DNA of 64,000 nucleotides from an uncultured archaeon (GCA_963817525.1 CAWFOU010000007.1:480001-544000); one strand, 5' to 3'; numbered from the stretch's first letter, positions 1-10,095 are shown. The notes: a model not told the origin generated them from the sequence alone. A program made the numbers and translations.

Positions 1-1337
1 TGGATGGAATTGATGAAGTTCCCGATCCACGGCGCGTTGCTGAGGGCGGTCCCCCCGACGAAGATCGTCTGGAGGTCTCCTATCGGGACGCCCTTGGTCA
101 TGATGAAGAAGGCGACGCCGAGGCTGAAGCTCGCCCCCGCGATGAACGTGGTGGTGGTCGTCCCCGTGGCGATCCCCCTCGCCCAGGCGGGCGCGGCGTT
201 CAACACCGACGCCCTGTTGGGGGATTGGAAGAGGCCTATCCCGGCGCCGACCAGCGAGAGGGGCACGGCTAGCTGCCAGAAGGTGATCGTCCTCCCGATG
301 GTCGACAGGACCAGGAACCCGGCGCTCGAGACTAACAGCCCCGCGGTGGCGAAGAACCTGGGCCCGTACTTGTCCGAGAGGTAGCCGCTCAAGGGTCCCA
401 GGAGCGCGATGGAGACTGAGAGGGGGATGAGGAATATCCCGGCCTGGAGGGCGTCGAGGTGCATGGAGGGGCCCTGGAGGTAGAAGATGAGGACCAGCGT
501 CACCGCCCCCCGCGCGAGGGCGTTCATGAGGCTGGCCACCGTCCCCGCGGTGAAGAGCCGAATCTTGAAGAGCGAGAAGTCCAGCATGGGCTGCTTGACC
601 CTCCGCTCGGTGAAGACGAACGCGACGAGGAGGAGGAGGCCGAGGCCCAAGAGGAGGACGAAGGGCTCGAATACGATCACGGAGACCGCGTAGAGGCTTA
701 TCGCGACCAGGGTTATGGCGAGGCCTCCCGCGAACGTCACGTTCCCGATGATGTCTATCTTCTGCCCCTTCCTTATCGTGCCGAGCTCCTTGAGCTTGTA
801 GTGAGACCAGACGGTCGCGAATATCCCGATCGGGATGTTGACGTAGAATATCGACTGCCATCCCGCCGCGGCCGTGAGCACCCCGCCGAGGACGAGGCCC
901 AGCAGCGTCCCGATGACGATTGAGACCTGGTTGATCCCGAGGGCCTTGCCCCGTTCGTCCTCGGGAAAGGCGTCGGTGATTATCGCCCCGCTGTTGGAGA
1001 AGAGGAAGGCCGAGCCAACCCCCTGGAGGAGCCTGAAGACGATGAGCTCCGCGCCCGACTGGGAGAGGCTCGAGAGAGCGGAGGCGACGGTGAAGAGCGC
1101 GAACCCGAAGGTGTAGAGCCTCACCCGCCCGAACATGTCCGAGAGGCGGCCGAAGTTCACCAGGAGGGAGCCGTTGACCAGCTGGTACCCGAGGAGGATC
1201 CAGAGGAGGTCGAAGAAGGAGGTGCCTTTGAGCTCCCTGGAGATGGTCGGGAGGGCCACGAGGACGATGTTCGTGTCGAGGGAGGCCATCAGGGTCCCGA
1301 GTGTGGTGTTGGAAAGGACGAGCCATTTGTATTGCAT
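1..1337 (-). CDS. MFS transporter (DHA2/EmrB-like), 3' end runs off the window
   Basis: Reverse strand reads MQYKWLVLSNTTLGTLMASLDTNIVLVALPTI... with motif A (FGRLSDMFGRVRLY) and many hydrophobic segments; no stop before position 1. Confidence 0.85.
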   Translation of the reverse strand, partial: MQYKWLVLSNTTLGTLMASLDTNIVLVALPTISRELKGTSFFDLLWILLGYQLVNGSLLVNFGRLSDMFGRVRLYTFGFALFTVASALSSLSQSGAELIVFRLLQGVGSAFLFSNSGAIITDAFPEDERGKALGINQVSIVIGTLLGLVLGGVLTAAAGWQSIFYVNIPIGIFATVWSHYKLKELGTIRKGQKIDIIGNVTFAGGLAITLVAISLYAVSVIVFEPFVLLLGLGLLLLVAFVFTERRVKQPMLDFSLFKIRLFTAGTVASLMNALARGAVTLVLIFYLQGPSMHLDALQAGIFLIPLSVSIALLGPLSGYLSDKYGPRFFATAGLLVSSAGFLVLSTIGRTITFWQLAVPLSLVGAGIGLFQSPNRASVLNAAPAWARGIATGTTTTTFIAGASFSLGVAFFIMTKGVPIGDLQTIFVGGTALSNAPWIGNFINSI

Positions 1338-1466
1338 CCAGTTGCACCGAGAGCCTCTCTGCCTAGTCGCCGGTTTCGAGTGAGCAGTATTAACGGTAGT
1401 GGAGTCCCGCCCCGCCTGGACTGATTAAATATCGCCGCCCCCGCCCGCCCGTGGGAGTCGGCGTCG

Positions 1467-1706
1467 GTGTCAGTGCTCGCTTTCGTGATGATGAACGTGC
1501 AGGTGGGGACTGACAGGGAAGTCGTGGCCCGGCTGAGGGCGCTCAAGGGCGTCAGGGAGGTCTACGAGGTGTACGCAGTCTACGACATCTTGGCGATAGT
1601 GGAGGCTGAGACGATGGCCGAGCTCAACACCCTGGTGAACTCGGACGTCCGGAAGATTGACACGATCACGAGCACCAACACGATACTCGCGGAGAAGTAC
1701 CCTTAG
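1467..1706 (+). CDS. Lrp/AsnC ligand-binding (RAM) domain protein
   Basis: AFVMMNV...GVREVYEVYAVYDILAIVEA...T.T.I pattern; TATA-like TTAAATA ~1425. Confidence 0.85.
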   Translation: MSVLAFVMMNVQVGTDREVVARLRALKGVREVYEVYAVYDILAIVEAETMAELNTLVNSDVRKIDTITSTNTILAEKYP

Positions 1707-1773
1707 GGTCTTGCGGTCGGCACTCGGGCCACCTTATTAGGAACCCGAGGCCGCTCGGCGTTTCGGTCAGAAG

Positions 1774-2103
1774 TTGAGGAGGATTGGGCTCGGCGTCGGT
1801 CTCATCGCTACTGTGCTGCTTCCGCTAGCCCTGCTCGCCTTTGGGGCGCTCAAGGGCGGGCAGACCATCCCTGCGATACTTCTACTGAGCGGAATCTGGG
1901 CGTTCGTGTTCGGACTCTTCATGCAGGCGAAGCGGGAGAGGCTCTACTACTCGGGCTTCGGCGCCATCGTGGCCTTGCTGTCTACGTATCTCTTCATCCA
2001 GCTCAGGTATACGGTCGGGCTGGTCATCGTCTCGCTCGTGGCGCTTGCCCTGATCCAGGCGTTGTCGAGACCGGGGGCTGCTCCCCGCCCGCCGAAGGGC
2101 TAG
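1774..2103 (+). CDS. small membrane protein
   Basis: About four hydrophobic segments, TTG start. Confidence 0.6.
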   Translation: MRRIGLGVGLIATVLLPLALLAFGALKGGQTIPAILLLSGIWAFVFGLFMQAKRERLYYSGFGAIVALLSTYLFIQLRYTVGLVIVSLVALALIQALSRPGAAPRPPKG

Positions 2104-4549
2104 GGAAGCTGGCGTTATCCGGGTAGAACGCATCATAGCTCCTCCTCCGGCGGTTGCGCGTCCAGAGGGAGATCGCGAGGATCAAGATGACGGCAGCGAT
2201 GATTGCAGCGCCCAAGACCACGGGGTAGTTTGGCGACGAGGTCCCCGTCACCTCCGTGGGAGAGTCGACGACGACGGCCAGCGAGGGCTTGGTCTCGCTC
2301 GAGAGACCCGCCCCCTTCCACGACGCGAAGGAGTAGACGAAGAGCGAGGGGGACGCGCGCAGGGTGACGTTGGAGGAGGGCGGGACGTAGAGGGTCTTGG
2401 TCGTCCCGGCCGGGACGGTCCCCGACTGGGAGCCGTAGGAATAGGCGACGTCTGTCCCCAAGTCGGCGGAGATTGCGAGTCCCGGATAGAATGTGGCGTT
2501 CTCTGTCAGGGGTCCGGTCACCGTGACGTCGATGGTCGAGGTCGTCCCCGTGAAGGCGCCGGCGCCCGAACCGCTCCAACTCTCGAACTCCCACCCTTGG
2601 TTCGCCGAGGCGTTTAGGTTCAGGGTGAGTCCGGCATCGGTCCAGCTGGTGCCCTGCGTGAGGTGACCGTTGACGGACCCCTTGTTGATGATGCCAGAGA
2701 TGGTGCCGAAGATATCGCCTCCGCGGGGGTCGTTGACACCAAGGTCGGTGTAATACTGGCGGACATAGTCCGCCGAGATCATCTCGTTAGCCGCAGAGAT
2801 GACGCCCGAGACAACCGGGATGGCGGCTGACGCCCCGCCGCCGGACTGTTGCCATCTCTCCGTTGGAATAGAGCCGTTGAGGACATTCGTGAATGAATAC
2901 GCGCTTCCGACATCGAACCAGCCCGCCGTGGAGTTGTTCAAGAGTTGGATGATCGTCGGTGCACCGAACGCGGTGGAGTTGAACTCAGGAGTTTGCGGAG
3001 GAGTTCCGCCTCCGACGATTGAGTAGCTTATCGAGACGTCATATTGCTGGTAGAATTGGATTGGGTCTCGGAGAGAGTTGGCTGTAAGGATGGTCTCATT
3101 TTGCATGCCGGTGGCCCAGCGCTCTCCGGCAGCTCCAGGGATACTCTCGGTTACGCTGGCATTAAATCCCACGAGAGCCCAGATTGTGACGGGCGTCGTG
3201 CTGAGCGCCTGTTTGGTGGTCACAATGGCCGGCGCGGCGGAGGCCGCAGGAGGGGGTTCTTCGTACGTGAGCTCCGGCGCCGAGGATGTGGGGAGGGCTT
3301 GCCCGCCGCCCGCGACCACGTATGAGACCGTCTCCTCCGCCAATAGGTAGTAGACGAAAGTGGTGCTTGTGCCGGCAGCGAAGGTCACCGTTTTGCCGTA
3401 AGTTCCGTTGAACACCCAATATTCGGAAACGCTGGAGAAATCGATGGTGAGTGTGATTATGGTCCCGGGGTCCGCATCCAGCACGTTTACCCCGGGACTC
3501 ACCGACGCGCTCTGCGACTCCCCCGCCACGGTGTAGGTCGCGGAAAATGCCGGGCCGGGGGCCGTTTGTGAAACCAACAACAAGCTAGGCGTAGCCGGCG
3601 TGAGCGTCAACGTCGTCGATGTGCCCGAAGTCCCCGTGACGAACTCATGTGTGGTCATGTAAATGCTCGCGCCGTCGGCGGAGAACGGGGAGACCGTCCC
3701 GTCGCTAGACAAGGCCACGGGCGACTGGGTCTGGCTGTCGAAGAGGGCGGGCGCCGTGCTCATGCCCTGGAACTCGTCTATCCACATCCAGGCCGAGGTC
3801 AGGGCGACTGCGCTGTTGGAGTAGGTCACCTGCTCCTCGTTCCCGTAGTAGGCGGCGACGTGATACCACTCGGTCATCAGGCCGGTGAAGAAGCCGTTGT
3901 CGTCGGTCGGGCTCGCCGCGTCACCCACGAAGATCGACGACCCCTCGCTGCTGTAGCTCGCCGAGGCTGAGGCTCCCGTGCTCCAGTCCTTCGCCAGCAT
4001 CACGACCGTCGAGCCCACGAAGGTGAGGCTCAGGAGGACGCTGTCCCCGGAGCGCACCACGCCGGAGAAGTTCCCCAGGCCGGCCCCTCCTCCCGACGGG
4101 TACGTCGTCTTGCCGTTGGCGCCGTACACCTCGTAGCTGAACCCGAAGGTCGGGTCGTACCCCCCGTTGGAGTCGGGCCAGTGGTAGGAGATGCCCACCT
4201 GATACCAGAACCCCGCCGGAGTCAGGCCGTTGAGGAGGTAGGCGGGGCCGTACCCCTCGGAGTCGGTCTGCGCGACCGCCGTGACGTTGTAGGCGAGGGA
4301 GTTGAAGTCCTGGGTGAACGTGGAGCCGAGCTGCTCGTCGTAGGTGGGGGGAGGCGGCGTCGCAAGAGCCGCGCCGACCGGGCCACCCGAAAGCCCCATC
4401 GACGCGGGTCTCGGGGCGAGGGCGGCCGCTTGATGGGAGGCCCCCGTCGTGGCCACGACGTGCGACTGCGGCACCGAGGCTAGCAGGATGAGGACGGCGA
4501 TGGCCGCGGCCAAGGATGCGGAGGACTGCAACGGCGCTCGGAGTGTCAA
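2024..4549 (-). CDS. large secreted, C-terminally membrane-anchored surface protein
   Basis: N-terminal signal peptide; S/T/G/Y-rich beta domains (YGPAYLLNGL...WYQVG); GWEFESWSG repeat-like unit; C-terminal TM followed by RNRRRR. Confidence 0.8.
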   Translation of the reverse strand: MTLRAPLQSSASLAAAIAVLILLASVPQSHVVATTGASHQAAALAPRPASMGLSGGPVGAALATPPPPTYDEQLGSTFTQDFNSLAYNVTAVAQTDSEGYGPAYLLNGLTPAGFWYQVGISYHWPDSNGGYDPTFGFSYEVYGANGKTTYPSGGGAGLGNFSGVVRSGDSVLLSLTFVGSTVVMLAKDWSTGASASASYSSEGSSIFVGDAASPTDDNGFFTGLMTEWYHVAAYYGNEEQVTYSNSAVALTSAWMWIDEFQGMSTAPALFDSQTQSPVALSSDGTVSPFSADGASIYMTTHEFVTGTSGTSTTLTLTPATPSLLLVSQTAPGPAFSATYTVAGESQSASVSPGVNVLDADPGTIITLTIDFSSVSEYWVFNGTYGKTVTFAAGTSTTFVYYLLAEETVSYVVAGGGQALPTSSAPELTYEEPPPAASAAPAIVTTKQALSTTPVTIWALVGFNASVTESIPGAAGERWATGMQNETILTANSLRDPIQFYQQYDVSISYSIVGGGTPPQTPEFNSTAFGAPTIIQLLNNSTAGWFDVGSAYSFTNVLNGSIPTERWQQSGGGASAAIPVVSGVISAANEMISADYVRQYYTDLGVNDPRGGDIFGTISGIINKGSVNGHLTQGTSWTDAGLTLNLNASANQGWEFESWSGSGAGAFTGTTSTIDVTVTGPLTENATFYPGLAISADLGTDVAYSYGSQSGTVPAGTTKTLYVPPSSNVTLRASPSLFVYSFASWKGAGLSSETKPSLAVVVDSPTEVTGTSSPNYPVVLGAAIIAAVILILAISLWTRNRRRRSYDAFYPDNASFPSPSAGGEQPPVSTTPGSGQAPRARR

Positions 4550-4647
4550 GGAGGAGCCCGCTCAAATAAGCATCGTTTTTGCCGGCCTACGCCCTCAGCA
4601 GACTATTATCGTGGCGGCCTCCGTCGTCCGTGGGAGGGAGCCGATTC

Positions 4648-5187
4648 GTGACCAAGGCCGAGTCCGCGAGGTCGGAGGTGACGGTCAGGCGGGCGACCGC
4701 CCGCGACGTCGAGCAGATAGCCACGAATATCCAGTCGGTCGCCGACGAGGGGGGATACATATGGACCGAGAAGGTCACCGGTGAGTGGAAGCAGTTCCTG
4801 AGGAAGACGCTCATCAAGGACAAGGGGTGCCTTGTGATCGTCGCCGAGGTCGGGAGAGGGAGAGGCAAGTGGCTGGTGGGCGACCTTACGATACGAGGTA
4901 CGGCCAGACGATAAAAAAAGTCGCAGCACGTCCGCGTCCTCGCGATGCTCCTACTCGACGGCTACAGGGAGGTGGGGATCGGGACGAAGATGATGGACTA
5001 CGCCCTGAGGTGGGCGAGGGAGCCGTCGGGCGTCGAGAAGGTGGTCCTCGGGGTCTTCTCCAACAACGAGAGGGCCTTGCGCCTCTACGAGAAGTTCGGG
5101 TTCAAGGTCGAGGGCGTGAGGAAGAGGCATTACTACATACACGGCAAGCCAGAAGACGAGATCGACATGGCGCTCTTCGTGAAGTGA
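4648..5187 (+). pseudogene. GNAT acetyltransferase interrupted by an in-frame TAA (4912-4914); possibly an assembly indel pair
   Basis: ORFs 4579-4914 (VTVRRATARD) and 4945-5187 (YREVGIGTKMM, NERALRLYEKFGF) are in the same frame; the stop abuts an A7 run. Confidence 0.75.
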
Positions 5188-5200
5188 ACCGGGTTGCCGC

Positions 5201-6211
5201 CTAGCGGCTTTGGCTCTTCAGCGAGGACTTCATCCGGTCGACCACGCGGTCGTCGAGCCTCACCCCGGCTCTCCTGAGCAGGAGGACGACCGCGCCGCAG
5301 GCGGGAGGGAGCCTGGGCTCGACCACCTCCGCGAGCAGCGCGGACGCGCGGATGGTCTCCCCCAGCGGCGCCAGCAGCGGCTCGCCCGCCCTGAAGACTC
5401 CGCCGTTGAGTGAGACCCCGAAGCGCTCGTCAAGCATCTCGAGCTTCGAGGCGGCAGAAACCACCAGCTCCCCGAGGATGCCGGCCTTCTCTTTGAGTAT
5501 CTGGAGGGCGGCCCCGTCGCCTGCGCCTGCCGCCTCGCTGACCAGGGTCGAGAGGGAGGCTATCTCGGAGACCGTCATGTGCCCGGGGTACACGCGCGCG
5601 ATGATCCCCTGTGGCCTGCTCACCTCGAGCTTCCGCATCACCAGCTTGAGCAGCCTCGTCTTCGGGCCGCGCCCGTCGTAGTCCCTCATCGCCGCGTAGA
5701 GCGCGTCCCTACCGATGTCATAGGCGCTCCCCCTGTCGTCGACTATGTGTCCCCACCCGCCCACCCTTACCACCGTGCGGCTGAGGTCGCGCTGGGCCCC
5801 GGCCACGCACCCGGTCCCGGCGATCAGCGTGACCCCCGGCGCGTCGATGAACGCCCCCGCCACGGCGGTCCGCCAGTCGTTGACGACGAGGTCGGTGCGC
5901 TTGCCCAGGCCCAGCTCCATCGACCGGATGCCCTCCTTCACCGTCGCCAGGTCCTCCGGGGAGTCGAGCCCCGCGAGGCCGTAACACGCCGCTAGGCCCC
6001 GCCGGCTCTCGGCGACACCAGACTGGGCGAGCGCTCCCGCAAAGGCCCGCTTGAGGGAGGCGAGCGCGTTTCGCAGGCCCGTGTTGTGGTAGTTGGACCG
6101 GCCCCCAGAGCCCACCCCCAGGACCGACCCGTCCGGGTCGCAGAGGACGCAGGTCGTCCGGGTCCCGCCCCCGTCGAAGCCCGCGTAGAGCGGCGCGCGC
6201 GAGTTCGCCAT
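5201..6211 (-). CDS. BadF/BadG/BcrA/BcrD-family sugar kinase (GlcNAc/MurNAc kinase-like)
   Basis: GFDGGGTRT, GLAG, VVND, IAGTG, GGWG...DDRGSAY.IG motifs. Confidence 0.85.
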   Translation of the reverse strand: MANSRAPLYAGFDGGGTRTTCVLCDPDGSVLGVGSGGRSNYHNTGLRNALASLKRAFAGALAQSGVAESRRGLAACYGLAGLDSPEDLATVKEGIRSMELGLGKRTDLVVNDWRTAVAGAFIDAPGVTLIAGTGCVAGAQRDLSRTVVRVGGWGHIVDDRGSAYDIGRDALYAAMRDYDGRGPKTRLLKLVMRKLEVSRPQGIIARVYPGHMTVSEIASLSTLVSEAAGAGDGAALQILKEKAGILGELVVSAASKLEMLDERFGVSLNGGVFRAGEPLLAPLGETIRASALLAEVVEPRLPPACGAVVLLLRRAGVRLDDRVVDRMKSSLKSQSR

Positions 6212-6217
6212 GCGGGG

Positions 6218-7609
6218 CTAGGCCGCCTCCACGTACTTGCCGGGGTTCATGATGCCCTCGGGGTCGAAGAGCCTCTTGATCTCCTTCATGAGCCTCAGGG
6301 CCTCCCTCCCCTCGTGGGCGACGAGCTGCTCCCTCAGGAGCTTCGCCTTCTGCGACCCAACGCCGTGCTCCCCCGTCACCGAGCCGCCTACGCTAATCCC
6401 GTAGCGGCAGATCTCCTCGAAGGCCTTGTGGGCGGCCGCGCGGCTCTCCTTGTCGTCCTCGTCGTAGAGTATGACAGGGTGGACGTTCCCGTCGCCCGCG
6501 TGGCCGTTGACGAGGATCCTCAGCCCGTGCTTTGCGGCGGTCTCCTTCACCTTCTTCATGTACTCGCCGAGCCTGTCGATGGGGACGGCGATGTCCTCGA
6601 CCTGGACGGCCTTCCCTAGGCCGCGTATCGCGAGGTAGGCCATCGAGCGGATGTGGTAGAAGGCCTCGGCCTCCGCGGCGTCCTTGGCGACCACGACCTT
6701 GCCCGGCTTGTTGCGGTTGAAGATCTCCATGGCCGCGGCGAGGGAGGGCTCCTCGATGTCCACGATCAGCGTCGCCTCCGCCTCGTCCTGCTTGGTGTCG
6801 AGGTGGGCGTTGACCGCCTGGATGGTCTCCTTGTCAAGGAACTCGAAGATGTGCGGCATTATCCTCGACGCCCTCAGCTGGCAGATGGCGTCGGTCGCGG
6901 AGCGCCAGTCCCCATAGGTAAGGAGGAGGCGCTTGGGCACGGAGTCCGGGAGGGGGATGACCTTCAGCCACGCCTCCGTGACAACCCCCAGCGTCCCCTC
7001 GCTCCCGACCATGAGGTGGACGAGGTCGAACCCGGCCCTGTTCTTGGCGAGCGGCTCCCCGAAGTTCGCGACCTTGCCGTTGGGGAGGACGACCCGCAGG
7101 GCGACCACCCAGTCCTTCACCGTCCCGTACTTCACGCAGCGCAGCCCCCCCGAGCCCTCCGCGACCGCGCCCCCGACCGTGCAGAGCGAGCTGCTCGCAG
7201 GGTCGGGAGGGAAGAAGAACCCGTCCTTCGCGAGGCGCTTGTTGAGCTCCTCGAGGGTGACCCCCGCTTGGGCGCGCGCATACCAGTTCACGGTGTCGAC
7301 CTTCAGCACCGAGTCCATCCTCCGCATGTCCAGGATTATCGCGCCCTTGGCGACGGCCGCCCCCGTGAGGCTAGTCCCCGCCCCCCTCGGGACGATGGCG
7401 ACCTTCCTCTTCCCGGCGAGCGCCACTATCTTCATCACCTCCCCCTCCGAGCCAGGCCTGACCACAACGGCGGGCAGGGCGCGGAAGCCCGCCATGTCCT
7501 CTGAGTACTCCTCGAGGCGCGCCGCGTCGGCGAAGACGTTCTCCGCGCCGCTTATCCTCGCCAGGGCCCCAGGGACATCCCCGAGCCCCCTCCTCGCTCG
7601 CTTTGGCAA
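6218..7609 (-). CDS. FAD-linked oxidase, GlcD/D-lactate dehydrogenase family
   Basis: PRGAGTSLTG, FFPPDPAS, GSEGTLGVVT, GHAGDGNVHP, TGEHGVG, FDPEGIMNPGK. Confidence 0.9.
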   Translation of the reverse strand: MPKRARRGLGDVPGALARISGAENVFADAARLEEYSEDMAGFRALPAVVVRPGSEGEVMKIVALAGKRKVAIVPRGAGTSLTGAAVAKGAIILDMRRMDSVLKVDTVNWYARAQAGVTLEELNKRLAKDGFFFPPDPASSSLCTVGGAVAEGSGGLRCVKYGTVKDWVVALRVVLPNGKVANFGEPLAKNRAGFDLVHLMVGSEGTLGVVTEAWLKVIPLPDSVPKRLLLTYGDWRSATDAICQLRASRIMPHIFEFLDKETIQAVNAHLDTKQDEAEATLIVDIEEPSLAAAMEIFNRNKPGKVVVAKDAAEAEAFYHIRSMAYLAIRGLGKAVQVEDIAVPIDRLGEYMKKVKETAAKHGLRILVNGHAGDGNVHPVILYDEDDKESRAAAHKAFEEICRYGISVGGSVTGEHGVGSQKAKLLREQLVAHEGREALRLMKEIKRLFDPEGIMNPGKYVEAA

Positions 7610-7620
7610 GCGGCCAACGC

Positions 7621-8616
7621 CTACGCGAAGATCCCGAGGACCGCGTCGTCGGCGAGGGCGACCGCGTACCCCGCGATCCCCCTGATGTCCCTGAGTATGA
7701 GCGAGAGGCGGTAGGCGTTCTTCTCCTCATAGGCGGTGGGGAGCTTGTAGCCGCTCTCGTAGAGCTGCCTCACCTGTGGCATCTTCTGGAAGACCGAGTT
7801 CGCCGAGACGATGTCCTTCGAGAGGAGGGCCTTGAGCGCGAGAGCCTGCATGTCGGCGGTGGTTTTGGACATCCTCTGGACCACGGAGACGAAGTTGCGG
7901 TCGGGCCTCTGGGTGAGGGCGGCGACGTGCTGCCCGACCCACATGGCGTAGTAGGCAATCCTCCCGAGCTCCCTGGTCGCGATGGTCATCACGATTACCT
8001 GCGAGATGTCGGCGAGCTTCATCTCCTCCCTCAGCTTCCTGCTCTTCGCGGCCTGGAAGGCGAGGCGCATCATCAGCCTGTAGACCTTGGTGCTCTCCGC
8101 GCCCCTCGAGTACGCATCCTGGGCGAGGCTGGCGTCCCCCAGGTCGAGGGCGGTGACGGCGTCGCTGAGCACCGCGGCCGAAGTGGCGGAGAACCTCTCG
8201 AGCGTCCCGAGGAGGCTGAACTTCGCGGGGTCGATGAGGTTGATGAGGTCGACGTGGTCGGCGTAGTCCTCCGAGACCTCGACCCCCATTATCCCCTCGA
8301 TGGTCTGTCGTATCATCTGCTTTTGGTGGGGCTGCATCTTGTTGCTCGAGGAGAAGATCCTCGTCACGTCGTTCCCCTCGATGTAGGAGGCCGTGATGCC
8401 GAGGTCGAGGAAGCGTTGGTCTTTCAGCTGGTCGATGTCGATGGTCCTCGAGTGGCCTTCGTACTTCTGCTCAGTCGGGGTTATCACGAGGCTCCCCTCG
8501 TCCAGCTCGGTCGAGACCAGGTCTCCCTTCTTGAGCTTGAGCTGCTCGACCCACTCTTTGGGCACCGTTATCATGAACGTGCCTCCGGCCGTCGCCTGGA
8601 TCTTGCGGACTTGCAC
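7621..8616 (-). CDS. AbrB-PhoU archaeal transcriptional regulator (phosphate uptake regulator family)
   Basis: VRKIQATAGGTFMITVPKEWV (AbrB) plus two PhoU-like helical repeats; GTG start inferred at 8616; tightly packed with the two downstream genes. Confidence 0.85.
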   Translation of the reverse strand: MQVRKIQATAGGTFMITVPKEWVEQLKLKKGDLVSTELDEGSLVITPTEQKYEGHSRTIDIDQLKDQRFLDLGITASYIEGNDVTRIFSSSNKMQPHQKQMIRQTIEGIMGVEVSEDYADHVDLINLIDPAKFSLLGTLERFSATSAAVLSDAVTALDLGDASLAQDAYSRGAESTKVYRLMMRLAFQAAKSRKLREEMKLADISQVIVMTIATRELGRIAYYAMWVGQHVAALTQRPDRNFVSVVQRMSKTTADMQALALKALLSKDIVSANSVFQKMPQVRQLYESGYKLPTAYEEKNAYRLSLILRDIRGIAGYAVALADDAVLGIFA

Positions 8617-8639
8617 GTTGCCTCCACTCTCGCCCGCGA

Positions 8640-8757
8640 TTATAAAATTTCTGGAAAAATAGGTAGAGTATGTTCTATATGGAGAATATCGATATATCGT
8701 AGAGGATGTATGTATTTTATGAAAATCCTTAAAGCGGGCAGGGGCTACATTTTCCAC
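8640..8757. promoter_or_regulatory. AT-rich divergent promoter region with palindromic ATATCGATAT / CGATATATCG element
   Basis: Strongly AT-rich relative to flanks; TATA-like sequences on both strands; palindromes ~8686-8699. Confidence 0.5.
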
Positions 8758-8880
8758 ATGAATCAGGAGCTCGACGGCAAGCAAAAGGCGCGCGAGCCGC
8801 TCAACGATGACGAAAAGGCCGCCCTTCGAGCCAAGGCGTTTGCCTACGCCCTACTCAACAGGCCCTCACCCCCATTCTAG
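8758..8880 (+). CDS. small protein (40 aa)
   Basis: ATG 8758, MNQELDGKQKAREPLNDDEKAALRAKAFAYALLNRPSPPF; TATA-like CTTAAAG ~25 nt upstream; host-like codon use. Confidence 0.45.
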   Translation: MNQELDGKQKAREPLNDDEKAALRAKAFAYALLNRPSPPF

Positions 8881-8973
8881 AACGACTGTCTTCCGGCGGA
8901 ATACTTCGGGAACCCCGTTCGGACAAATGTATTAATCGCAGCACCCCTCTGACACTTTTGAGGTTCTGCTTGG

Positions 8974-10095
8974 TTGACTGCTCCACCCGCCCGGAGCTAC
9001 AGAGCTATCGCGATTGCGATCGTCATAACAGGCGTGTTGATCTCGGCGAGCCTGTATGTCGCGGTTGGGGCACCGACAAGGACGACGACCGCTACGCGGA
9101 CGGTGACCACCGCAGGAACCTCCTCCCAGACGGATTGCTCCGAAATCACCGTCAACGGCACTGGGTACTGCAGCCTTGACGTGACCGATAATATGACCTA
9201 TGGTCAAGAGTCTGGAAACGGCGCGCTCAACGCGCCTGTCACGTTCATGGGCGTGACGTTCGAAAGCACATGCCCCGGAGCGGACGTGCTTTACTGCGTC
9301 CCGGAGAGCCAGTTCGCCTCCCAGGGCGCCGTCTCCAGCGGAGTCATTTCCTTGGAACTGGTCTTTCCGGACAGTGCCATGCATGACATCTCCGCGCCCT
9401 TTTCGTCGACCCCCTGCCCGTGCCAAGAGTGGTACTACCTGACGTCCGCCGCCCAGATGTCTGCCGGTCTCTTTCTCGAGGGCGAGAACACAGCGCCCTA
9501 CCTCAGGGTCGTCCTCCTCGTGGAACCCTGGCAACAACCGACGCCGACAGCCCTCGCCAACTCCGCGAACCACCTGCAACTCCAGCTCTTTCTGAACTCG
9601 TCATCTCCGGCGAGCGGCCTTGACGTCAGCGTTGCCGTCGATGATTACAACACCCTCGCTTCCGCGAACAACGTCACCGCGGCGAACGACTGGCTAGTCC
9701 CTCTGAGTCACCTGGATGGCGCACCCTGCGGCGATGACACGCCCGGACCTCTCGTCGGTTTCGCAGTCACCGAAGGACACTACACGCCCTCGAACGTCAC
9801 TGCGGCCAAGTTCCTGGACCTTGTCAACCCGGCAGCCACCTTCAACTGCCCGCTCTACCTCGGATACGGAAGCCCGACAGGGTATCTCTTCGTGCCCATG
9901 AGCGAGGGGGCCGACTCGTACGGCTGCATCGGAGTGAGCCCGACATGCCCGACGGGGGGTGCGTCAACCGGGCTGAGATTTTCTGGGTATTGGAACCAGG
10001 GAGGGGCCTTCGTGAGCTTCCCGCGAGGCACGTACACGGTTCTGGGGGAGGACGAATGGGGCGACTCCGCCTTGACCTACTTCACCGTTTCATGA
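8974..10095 (+). CDS. membrane-anchored extracellular protein (paralog of 39429-40169)
   Basis: N-terminal TM, Thr-rich linker, Cys pairs, C-terminal GTYTVLGEDEWG. Confidence 0.7.
   Translation: MTAPPARSYRAIAIAIVITGVLISASLYVAVGAPTRTTTATRTVTTAGTSSQTDCSEITVNGTGYCSLDVTDNMTYGQESGNGALNAPVTFMGVTFESTCPGADVLYCVPESQFASQGAVSSGVISLELVFPDSAMHDISAPFSSTPCPCQEWYYLTSAAQMSAGLFLEGENTAPYLRVVLLVEPWQQPTPTALANSANHLQLQLFLNSSSPASGLDVSVAVDDYNTLASANNVTAANDWLVPLSHLDGAPCGDDTPGPLVGFAVTEGHYTPSNVTAAKFLDLVNPAATFNCPLYLGYGSPTGYLFVPMSEGADSYGCIGVSPTCPTGGASTGLRFSGYWNQGGAFVSFPRGTYTVLGEDEWGDSALTYFTVS

Noticed and set aside
4900-4945. Programmed readthrough or frameshift at the in-frame TAA in the GNAT gene
   Set aside because: The alternate frame reads RYGQTIK up to the A7 run, so a compensating indel pair explains it more simply; TAA is not a recoded Sec/Pyl codon
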